Below are positions 1 to 8,029 of a stretch of 41,845 nt of DNA, one piece after another. A model generated the notes under the pieces. It saw only the letters and a list, made by a program, of their open reading frames with translations, made no database searches and was not told the DNA's origin. A program made the translations under genes and the position numbers. Origin of the DNA: a bacterium (GTDB taxonomy: Bacteria; Hinthialibacterota; Hinthialibacteria; Hinthialibacterales; Hinthialibacteraceae); NCBI GenBank assembly GCA_963663405.2, contig CAXXSM010000161.1:1-41845 (forward strand), read 5' to 3'. Within the stretch, counting starts at the first letter, position 1. Every line of letters begins with the position of its first letter.

Positions 1-5
1 TAGGT

Positions 6-44
6 AAAAGGCCGGATGGAACTCAGGTTCTGTCCGGTCTTTTT
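6..44 (+). terminator. Intrinsic terminator-like hairpin upstream of the first ORF
   Basis: AAAAG-GCCGGATGGAAC-tcag-GTTCTGTCCGGT-CTTTTT: long stem (with G-U pairs) followed by a T tract. Confidence 0.7.
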
Positions 45-88
45 CAATTTCACCGTAAACCAAACGAATCAAAGAAAGGAAAAAGGAA

Positions 89-325
89 ATGTGTATCAAA
101 GAAATCCAATGTCCGCATTGTGGAAATGAAGATGTGAAACGTATCCAGCTCTGCGTCGTGCTTCCCTCCAGCATCTACCGGAATCTCTATCAGGACGATC
201 GCGGTTTGATCTGGGCGGAAGAGGATATCGATTCTGTCGATGACGGAATCAATCCAGTAATGGAATATCTCTACTGCCAAAACTGTGAGAGAGATTTTAC
301 CGATCCTGGAATCAAGATCCAATGA
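89..325 (+). CDS. Small zinc-ribbon protein (78 aa)
   Basis: CPHC and CQNC pairs; GAAAGGA SD upstream, as for the neighbouring genes. Confidence 0.75.
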   Translation: MCIKEIQCPHCGNEDVKRIQLCVVLPSSIYRNLYQDDRGLIWAEEDIDSVDDGINPVMEYLYCQNCERDFTDPGIKIQ

Positions 326-380
326 GCTGATCTTAATCCGTCAACAAATAATTTAGGGCCTATAGCCCACAAACTTAATA

Positions 381-406
381 GTCCCGGCGCTTGCCGGGAT
401 TTTTTT
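381..406 (+). terminator. Intrinsic terminator-like hairpin immediately before the AAA ATPase RBS
   Basis: TCCCGGC-gctt-GCCGGGA followed by T7. Confidence 0.7.
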
Positions 407-425
407 ATTAGAAAGGAAAAAAGAG

Positions 426-1520
426 ATGAATACTATCACTTGTCAACTTTGCGGAGAGTCAATCCATGGCTCGTTGTATGGTCACTTGGGTGAATGTCAC
501 CGCACAACAGCCCAAGAATATCTGAAGCAATATCCAGGAGCGCCTTTGGTGGCTCCGGCATTGCTCAATCAGATCCAATCCAGCAAAACCGTCAAACGAA
601 CACCTGTCCAAGCCACAGCGGAGTTCCGGATTCATGACGCGGCGCTCAAAAAGAGAAATGGGACAAACGCTATAGTGCCTAATTCTGATCCACATTATCA
701 ATTCCCGCCCGAAGCCGCTTACTTGATCCACGCCATTAACCATCAGGAAAACGTCATGATCGTCGGTCCAACAGGAACCGGGAAAAGTTCGCTGGTCATG
801 CAGCTCGCCGCCCAGACCAACACACCTTTGCGACGCTGCAACCTGAATGGCGAAACCACAGTCTCTGATTTCTTGGGCCGATGGACCGTTCGTGGCAAAG
901 AAATGGTTTACAGCGAGGGCATCCTGCCCACCGCGATGAAGAACGGAGATTGGCTGCTGCTCGATGAGATCGACGCGGCTCTGCCAAATATTTTATTTGT
1001 GCTCCAAAGCGTGCTCGAAGAATGCGGCAAGCTCACGCTTCTCGAAAAAGACGGCGAGATAATCGCTCCCCATCCCGATTTTCGCATCATCGCCACCGCC
1101 AACACGATCGGCAATGGAGATGAGTCCGGATTATATGCCGGTACCCAGATTTTGAACGAAGCGTTCAAAGACCGGTTCGACACGGTCATCTACCTGGATT
1201 ACCCGGATGAGAAAACAGAGACCGAAATCCTCTCCCAAAAAGTTTCCCGCCTGAAAAAGACCGACATCAGACGTCTTGTGAAATGCGCCCGCCAGGTCCG
1301 CGAAGCGGCGGAACGCGAAGAGTGTTATTGCAGTTTTTCTACACGGCGCTTACTCGCGTTCGCCAGGAAATACGATCAACTCGGTAACCTGACCAAAGCG
1401 TTGGAACTGACCGTTCTCAACAAGCTTTCCCGTGATGACCGTCGAGTCGTTGAAGAGATCGCGCAGCGGCGCCTCGGAGACCTGATGAATCCTCAACAGA
1501 AAGGAGCAAATGAATCATGA
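426..1520 (+). CDS. MoxR/CobS/CbbQ-NirQ-NorQ-type AAA+ ATPase with N-terminal C2H2-like zinc finger
   Basis: Walker A GPTGTGKS, Walker B LLLDEID, ATAN sensor, AFKDRF arginine finger, STRRL; N-terminal CQLC...H....H. Confidence 0.9.
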   Translation: MNTITCQLCGESIHGSLYGHLGECHRTTAQEYLKQYPGAPLVAPALLNQIQSSKTVKRTPVQATAEFRIHDAALKKRNGTNAIVPNSDPHYQFPPEAAYLIHAINHQENVMIVGPTGTGKSSLVMQLAAQTNTPLRRCNLNGETTVSDFLGRWTVRGKEMVYSEGILPTAMKNGDWLLLDEIDAALPNILFVLQSVLEECGKLTLLEKDGEIIAPHPDFRIIATANTIGNGDESGLYAGTQILNEAFKDRFDTVIYLDYPDEKTETEILSQKVSRLKKTDIRRLVKCARQVREAAEREECYCSFSTRRLLAFARKYDQLGNLTKALELTVLNKLSRDDRRVVEEIAQRRLGDLMNPQQKGANES

Positions 1521-3397
1521 AGAAACTCAATGGATTAGAAACCACCTTGGAACGTGTTGGACGAATCTTGTCACGTAAGTACAACATCTCAGTCCAATGC
1601 AAAGGCAACGAATGCAAGACTGACGGCCGGACCATCTGGCTGCCGGCGTTGCCAGACAATATCTCTGAGTCGTTATGGACTTTGGTACGTGGCGAACTCG
1701 ATCATGAGACCGCCCACATCCTTTACAGCAACTTTGATGGCCGCATGAAGAATTTCAAACAGAAATGGGGCGATTTCGGATTCGACACACTCAACGTCAT
1801 TGAAGACGTTCGAGTCAATTACGCCATGCAAAAGGAGTATCCGGGCTCACGTCATAACATCCTGCACAGTATCGCGGAGATCACTCACACCCATCCCATC
1901 GATCAAATGCCTCTCCCAGTCCGGTTCTTGTGTGGCCTGTTCCTTACCGGAATGGATCTGCCCTATGACCAGTATGGCGAAGACGCGATCGAAATGGTCG
2001 AACAATTCAAGGACGAAGCGGAGCGGTTCAAATCCCTTCGTAACACTGACGAAGCTTGTGAGATGGCGGAAAGTATCCTGGAACGCCTCAAGTATAAAGC
2101 TGAGCAAGAAAGTCAACCTTCAAATTCAAAACAACCAAATAGTACGGTAAAGAATCAAGAATCACAGTCACAATCCTCATCTGGTGAATCCAAACAAGAA
2201 TCAACAGAGAAAGATCAGCAATCGGAAAAATCCACTTTTCCTGACGGTCAAGAAGAAACTGACGATCAACAAAACGGTTCAAAGGAACAAAAGGATGTTT
2301 CTGTGGATCAACAAGATGGTTCGAAATCGGATAAACACTCGGACTCGAAAAGTAGTCCACAAAATGATTCTCAGAATGGAAATCGAGACACCATGGAACA
2401 GGCATTAGCCGGACAATACTCATCAACTGGCCATCCATTCGAGCTCCAGGGAACTATAAGAGAGCAAGTCCAAGAAGAATTCAGCGATGGAACAAACCAA
2501 GCCTACCGCGTATACGATCCATCGCTGGATAAAACCGTTACGCCTCTATCATTGGATAATGGTGAAACCTATCAGAATCTAAGCAATGCCGTTCGGCCTC
2601 ATGTCGGCGCTCTTCGTCAGCAGTTGATTCGAACTCTCCGTTCGCGCGATACCCGGTTCTGGATCAACGATCGGGAAGAAGGCCAAGTCAACAGCAAAAA
2701 GCTTTACGCGCTGCTCAATCAGGGCTCGAACAAAGTCTTTCGACAAATTCAGGAATGCGAATCCGATTCGGTGGCAGTGTCGCTTCTTATCGATCTATCC
2801 GGTTCGATGAACGGCCCTCGGATCTATTTGGCCCGCCAGGTCGTCATTCTGTTCGCTGAAACGCTCAACCAGCTGCGTATCCCCTCCGAGGTAATCGGCT
2901 TCACGACTGAGCCTTCAAAACGAGCCTTTGCCCGATTGACAAGGGAAACGGGAATGGATTTACAGGCACTCTCGCAACTCTATACCCGCTTCTTTCCCTG
3001 CGTATATTCCATCTTCAAAGCGTTCGATGAACCATTCCGGGCGCTGAAGCCCCGCGTTCCCGCCATGAACGCCCTGGAATACACGCCCATCGACGACGCC
3101 ATTATTTTCACTGCGAAACGCATCATCGTCCGAAAGGAAACCCGAAAGATCATCCTTGTCCTCACAGATGGGGAACCGTACAGCGGAAATCCAACGATGC
3201 AGCTGGCTGTCATTAAACACCTCGAAGAGAACCTGAGCAAATGCGAACAGGCCGGAATCGAGTGTGTGGCTGTTGGCATCCAGACGGACTATGTGAAGAA
3301 TTTCTTCAAAGAGAACGTAGTCGTTCAAAACCTGCCTGAACTCCCCAAAGAGTTCTACACGAAGTTCTCGGAATTACTCCGCAAAAACCGCAAATAA
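1517..3397 (+). CDS. CobT-like VWA-domain protein (N-terminal HExxH region, polar low-complexity linker, C-terminal VWA)
   Basis: LDHETAH; MIDAS DLSGS and LTDGEP; Q/S/E/K/D-rich linker; ATGA overlap with the AAA gene. Confidence 0.88.
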   Translation: MKKLNGLETTLERVGRILSRKYNISVQCKGNECKTDGRTIWLPALPDNISESLWTLVRGELDHETAHILYSNFDGRMKNFKQKWGDFGFDTLNVIEDVRVNYAMQKEYPGSRHNILHSIAEITHTHPIDQMPLPVRFLCGLFLTGMDLPYDQYGEDAIEMVEQFKDEAERFKSLRNTDEACEMAESILERLKYKAEQESQPSNSKQPNSTVKNQESQSQSSSGESKQESTEKDQQSEKSTFPDGQEETDDQQNGSKEQKDVSVDQQDGSKSDKHSDSKSSPQNDSQNGNRDTMEQALAGQYSSTGHPFELQGTIREQVQEEFSDGTNQAYRVYDPSLDKTVTPLSLDNGETYQNLSNAVRPHVGALRQQLIRTLRSRDTRFWINDREEGQVNSKKLYALLNQGSNKVFRQIQECESDSVAVSLLIDLSGSMNGPRIYLARQVVILFAETLNQLRIPSEVIGFTTEPSKRAFARLTRETGMDLQALSQLYTRFFPCVYSIFKAFDEPFRALKPRVPAMNALEYTPIDDAIIFTAKRIIVRKETRKIILVLTDGEPYSGNPTMQLAVIKHLEENLSKCEQAGIECVAVGIQTDYVKNFFKENVVVQNLPELPKEFYTKFSELLRKNRK

Positions 3398-3439
3398 CCT
3401 GCAACAAATAACCATTCAATATCGAAAGGAGATTTATCA

Positions 3440-3907
3440 ATGGGTACCTGTGTCCAAAATCCATCTTGTTTCGCCCTGTTTGATCCTATCGCTCCGGAAT
3501 GCGCGAGCTGTGGTATCCAAACCGATTGCATGCGTGAACAAGAAAAACGCCTCAGTGATTGTGATTCGAAACAACCACCACAGAGCGTCGAATCGGCGTC
3601 AACATCGAATCCAAAACCAAAAAGAAAGGAGAAAATGCCTGCAAAAAAACAAATAACAACTTCTGGAGATGAGCAATACATCCCCGAACACACACGCAAA
3701 CCGTTGGAAATCCCACCGGTTGGTTCAACGATTCAAACCACCTACCGGGGCCAAGTTTACGAAGCGATCATCGTGGACGATCCATCCAACAAACGTTCCG
3801 ACGGCCGATCCATTCTGTTCAATGGAACCGTCTATCGAACGCTGACCGCCGCCGCGCACGCCATTGCGCCCGGCATCAATTCTGGATCGGTCTGGCAAGA
3901 AATCTAA
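3440..3907 (+). CDS. Cys-cluster N-terminus fused to a RAMA/DUF2924/DUF4357-like (modified-DNA reader) domain
   Basis: Six Cys in the first 42 aa; C-terminal YRGQVYEA...ILFNGTVYRTLTAAAHAI...SGSVW resembles the RAMA consensus; GAAAGGAG SD. Confidence 0.65.
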   Translation: MGTCVQNPSCFALFDPIAPECASCGIQTDCMREQEKRLSDCDSKQPPQSVESASTSNPKPKRKEKMPAKKQITTSGDEQYIPEHTRKPLEIPPVGSTIQTTYRGQVYEAIIVDDPSNKRSDGRSILFNGTVYRTLTAAAHAIAPGINSGSVWQEI

Positions 3908-3927
3908 TAATGAAAGGAACATCAATC

Positions 3928-4293
3928 ATGAACGATAATGGAAACAAAACAACGAAAACAAATAACCGAACAAACAATTCTCGTAGAGCCTTGGGACGTG
4001 GATTGAAAGATATTCTGTCCGAGCAATCGATCTTCGATAGCAATTTCAATGACCTGCAAGAGCATGTCAAAGCTGCCCGAATCGGCGCCGCGATCCTCGA
4101 ACTGATCGATATCGTCGAAGCCAAGTATCAACCTGTGATCTTCCAAAGCGTCTCCGCCTATCGGGCTGTATCGCAGGAAGAAACCACCGAAGAAATTGGT
4201 CATAAGCTTTCAGAACTGGAACGTCAGCGTATCCATCGTGAAACGGAAAGCCAGAAGTCGAAACGGAGATGGTATTATCTGTTCTTGCGTTAG
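3928..4293 (+). CDS. Hypothetical protein with a ParB/Spo0J-like N-terminal LGRGL peptide
   Basis: RRALGRGLKDIL; ATG 3928 follows GAAAGGA (ORF track start 3910); basic/aromatic C-terminus KRRWYYLFLR. Confidence 0.7.
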   Translation: MNDNGNKTTKTNNRTNNSRRALGRGLKDILSEQSIFDSNFNDLQEHVKAARIGAAILELIDIVEAKYQPVIFQSVSAYRAVSQEETTEEIGHKLSELERQRIHRETESQKSKRRWYYLFLR

Positions 4294-4312
4294 GATTGAT
4301 TGTGTTGAATTG

Positions 4313-4338
4313 AAGGGGAGAAAGACTCCCCTTTTTTT
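4313..4338 (+). terminator. Intrinsic terminator closing the left operon
   Basis: AAGGGGAG-aaaga-CTCCCCTT plus T tract, 20 nt after the stop codon. Confidence 0.85.
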
Positions 4339-4726
4339 CGCGAATTGTTTTCTATATAGAAAACAATGCAGTTTAAATATTAATAGAAATTCCCTGGATA
4401 ATGAAAAATGGACGCGGATGATTTCCATAATCTTTGATGTGACTCATGAGATTTGTTAATCTACGTTTAGGATCCAAAATGATGTTTCTATCACCGAATA
4501 AAAACCGTAATTTTTGATAATTCGATTAATTTTAGAAAATAAAATTCTATGGTCTTTATTTATCTTTTTGCATTTATTCGTAATCGTTACTTAAATTCAT
4601 GAATAATTTTCACTTCCTCTCTGTTAAATTATTTAATGAAGGGCTTCAATATACTCATGTTATCCATGTTAATATATCCAAGGCTTGTTCATGCTGATCA
4701 ATAATTCTGGATTATTTATAGATTCT

Positions 4727-6265
4727 ATGAATCAGGTAGCGTATCGAGATCCACCGGTCCCCGGCCAAGTTGTGAACGTTCGGCAAAGCCGTTTTGTTGT
4801 TGTCGATGTGAAGGAATCCGCTCTTCCTTCGGGGCGTTTGCATGTCGATCAGGAGAAAACCCAGCATTTCGTGACTCTTTCATCTATCGAGGATGAAGCA
4901 TTGGGAGAAAAAATTGAGGTTGTGTGGGAGATTGAACCGGGGGCTCAAATACGTGAAAAGATCTCCCTTCCCGATCCCTCCCAGTTGGACGATCCCATTC
5001 GGCTGGACGCCTTTTTGGACGCAGTTCGATGGGGGGCCTCTTCTGTCGCCGATATACGGTCGATACAAGCGCCGTTTCGGAGCGGAATCGAGATCGAGAA
5101 ATACCAATTGGATCCCTTGGTGCGGGCTGTGCGAATGCCCCGCGTCAATTTGTTGATTGCCGATGATGTGGGATTGGGGAAAACGGTGGAAACCGGGTTG
5201 ATCATCCAGGAATTCATCCTTCGTCACCGCATCCGGAATGCGTTAATCGTTTGTCCTTCCTCCCTTCAAATCCATTGGCGGGACCAGATGCGTGACCGGT
5301 TTGGCTTGGAATTCAGGATTGTGAACCGGGAATTAATGAAGGCGCTTCGACGCCGCCGGGGGATTCATGTGAATCCATGGACTCATTTCCCCCGGCTGAT
5401 CACGTCAATCGATTTCTTGAAACGGGAACGAACGCTCCGGTTGTTCAAAGAAGTGTTGCCAGCCGAAGGAGAAGACGTATATCCCCGGAAATTCGATCTA
5501 CTGGTCATTGATGAAGCACATAATATCGCGCCGTCAGGCGGGGGGCTATATGCGATTGATTCAATGCGAACATCGACCATCCGGCAATTGACGCCTCATT
5601 TTGAGCATAAACTTTTCCTCACGGCGACTCCTCATAACGGTTATACACAGAGTTTTTCGGCGCTTCTCGAGTTATTGGATGACCAACGCTTTGCGCGGGG
5701 CATCACACCCGATCCTAAATCGCTCAACTCGATCATGGTTCGCCGGTTAAAATCGGATTTCGTGGATTGGGATGGATCGCTCAAGTTCCCGAAAAGAAAC
5801 TTGATTCCTTTGGATGTCGATTACACCGAGGACGAAATTGACGTTCATGAAAAACTAAAGCAATACACGGAATCCCGTCTTCATGATGTGAAAGATCAAA
5901 CCGAGAACTTCGCCATTCAATTTGTGTTGAAATTGCTCAAGAAGCGCCTGTTTTCCTCCCCCGCCGCGTTCAAATCGACGCTCGAACAACACATCAAATC
6001 TCTCGAAAACGCAGTTCGGAGAGAGAAGAAACAGCCACAACGAAAGAATATCAAAATCCTTCAACAACAGATCGACCGCATCGGCGATGATACCGATGAT
6101 GACGAGCAGTACGAAGAATTGACCCATGACGCGGTTGAAGTGACAACGCGGCTTTTCCGGGACCTTTTGGACGATGAACGCGATCTGATTGACCGGATGC
6201 AGGATTGGGCGCAGCGAGTGGTTGGGCGTCCGGATTCAAAAACCAAGACTCTGATCCAGTTGTGA
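4727..6265 (+). pseudogene. drmD: DISARM-type SNF2-like helicase DrmD, truncated by an IS (C-terminal helicase domain missing)
   Basis: N-terminus PGQVVNVRQ..VTLSSIEDEALGEKIEVVWEIEPGA, ADDVGLGKT, DEAHN, LTATPHNG, MVRRLK; stop codon TGA lies inside the IS end at 6261; likely start ATG 4727. Confidence 0.82.
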
Positions 6266-6298
6266 CTGTCCAGGCCTAATCGGTCCACTGCTAAGCGG

Positions 6299-6327
6299 TT
6301 GACAATATTGATGTTAATACATATGAT
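6299..6327 (+). promoter_or_regulatory. Sigma70-type promoter inside the left inverted repeat, facing the transposase
   Basis: TTGACA-N17-TATGAT. Confidence 0.75.
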
Positions 6328-6361
6328 CCCATTTCAATAAATACTCATAAACGGGACCATT

Positions 6362-7552
6362 ATGGACGTAATTCAAGCGGCAATTCCTTTGATTTTGAAG
6401 GCTCTCCTCTTGTCAGCTCGATGGACGGGAGTTACTCGTTTCAAGCAAATGAAAAATCTTGCTGAAAAGGAGAACAATCCCGAAGTCGAGAACCAATTTT
6501 TACGTGATCGCATTTTTCAATTGGAAACAGAACTGGAAATTTTGCGCAAACAAGGAAGAAATAAGAATCATAAACAACGCTATTCACTTCGAGAACGGTT
6601 GTGGATTCTTTGGTACAAGGAATATTTCCAAATTTCCACTCGGGAGATAACGAAACGACTCGGTGTGGCTCGATCAACGATTAATCGATGGCTGAAGAAT
6701 ATCGAAAATCAAAGTGGGAACAAAAACGAACCAGCAAACAAAACTCCTATCGAAGTAGCCCTACTCGTTTGGGAAATTGCCAAAGCCAATCCGCATTGGG
6801 GACGTATTCGGATTTCTCTTCAGTTGTCCCTTCTTAACATTTTCTTGGCGGCCTCGACGGTTCGCAATATCCTGCAACGACCTTATCCACCAGGAGAACC
6901 ATCTCTGGCGCCCAATCCGGCTGGAGAAAATAGTGATCAATCCTCCCAGCGGTCCATCCCGGCTTGGTATCCCAATCACGTGTGGAGTATCGATCGAACG
7001 ATTGTGTTTCGGTGGGGTCTCTGGCCAACATACGTTCTTGTTGCAATTGACCATTATTCCCGGAAGGTGGTTTGCTGCTCTCCCCTGGAAGGTCCCAATG
7101 CCGGTTGGACAATTGCAGCCTTGGAACAAGCAATTGAAATCCATGGCTCTCCGAAGCATATTATCTCTGATCAAGAACCGATTTTTACCAGCGACGCTTT
7201 CGCTGAATTTGTTGATAACTTTAACATGAAGCAGCGTTTGGGTGCGGTTGGAAAACATGGTTCGATCGCCGTGACCGAACGAGTGATCAAAACGCTGAAA
7301 TATGAATGGTTGAACCGGGTAGCGATTGTCAAAGGATTTGATCATCTGGAATCTCTTTGCAATTCATTTTCGGAATGGTACAACGAATGGCGACCACATT
7401 ATCGATTTGAGGGAAGAACTCCCAATGAAGTTCATGCAGAATGCCAAAAAGATCCATTAAACAGTGACGCGAAAACAGTTCCCTTCCCTATTGAACGACG
7501 CTGGTTCGAAGAAACAAATACTACTGCTTTTCGTCTTCCAAAAGCGGCATAG
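6362..7552 (+). CDS. DDE transposase (HTH plus rve integrase core)
   Basis: HTH (EITKRLGVARSTINRW); WSID, SDQ, TERVIKTLKYE, YNEWRPH...TP. Confidence 0.92.
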   Translation: MDVIQAAIPLILKALLLSARWTGVTRFKQMKNLAEKENNPEVENQFLRDRIFQLETELEILRKQGRNKNHKQRYSLRERLWILWYKEYFQISTREITKRLGVARSTINRWLKNIENQSGNKNEPANKTPIEVALLVWEIAKANPHWGRIRISLQLSLLNIFLAASTVRNILQRPYPPGEPSLAPNPAGENSDQSSQRSIPAWYPNHVWSIDRTIVFRWGLWPTYVLVAIDHYSRKVVCCSPLEGPNAGWTIAALEQAIEIHGSPKHIISDQEPIFTSDAFAEFVDNFNMKQRLGAVGKHGSIAVTERVIKTLKYEWLNRVAIVKGFDHLESLCNSFSEWYNEWRPHYRFEGRTPNEVHAECQKDPLNSDAKTVPFPIERRWFEETNTTAFRLPKAA

Positions 7553-7778
7553 AATCTGTTTAATCGCATATTGCCATATCGATGCATCAGGGGAAGGTGT
7601 ATCCCCAGACATCAAATCTAAAACGTTATTGTTAAAACAATTAAAGAACATCTGTTACTGGCTTCATTCACAACCTAAAAAACTGCTAAAATCTCTTTTT
7701 CCAATCGGTATTTCGTGGTCCGATTCAAGCATGACAGCTACACGAGGTCCCATATACGAGTCTGTATTGAAAGGGGAT

Positions 7779-7805
7779 CATATGATATAACATTAATAAC
7801 GTCAA
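7779..7805 (-). promoter_or_regulatory. Inward-facing sigma70-type promoter inside the right inverted repeat (antisense to the transposase)
   Basis: Minus strand reads TTGACG-N17-TATGAT; coordinates approximate. Confidence 0.6.
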
Positions 7806-7845
7806 GCGATTAGCAGTGGACCGATTCGCCCTTGACAGCTTCACA

Positions 7846-7983
7846 TGGGACGTTGAGCAAGAATCCAGACCATACTACAACCCCAAGAACGCCAGCAATG
7901 ATAGCTGGTATTACTGATCATCTTTGGTCTCTTGATGAATTAATTGGAGATCCATATACGTGCAATGTTTAGGGGACATTACC
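7846..7983 (+). pseudogene. 3' remnant of an IS1-family transposase plus its terminal repeat
   Basis: Translates GTLSKNPDHTTTPRTPAMIAGITDHLWSLDELIG...* (RTPAMxAGxTDHxW motif); ends GGGGACATTACC (reverse complement GGTAATGTCCCC, IS1-like). Confidence 0.75.
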
Positions 7984-8029
7984 TAATCCTCCAACTATTA
8001 GTTTATTTGTTCTTAAAAAGCGATTAATA

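Larger units (their letters stand above)
6261..7845 (+). mobile_element. IS481/IS3-superfamily insertion sequence with long imperfect terminal inverted repeats
   Basis: TGT...ACA ends; TGTGACTGTCCAGGCCTAATCGGTCCACTGCTAAGCGGTTGAC matches the reverse complement of 7801-7845; no target duplication. Confidence 0.88.

Noticed and set aside
2100-2400. Tandem repeat or array in the A-rich stretch of the VWA gene
   Set aside because: Only low-complexity Q/S/E/K codons of a linker; no periodic unit seen
426-3397. Cobalamin cobaltochelatase CobS/CobT
   Set aside because: No cobN or other cob genes in the window; the Zn-finger fusion and neighbouring genes fit the mobile-element AAA/VWA homologues better
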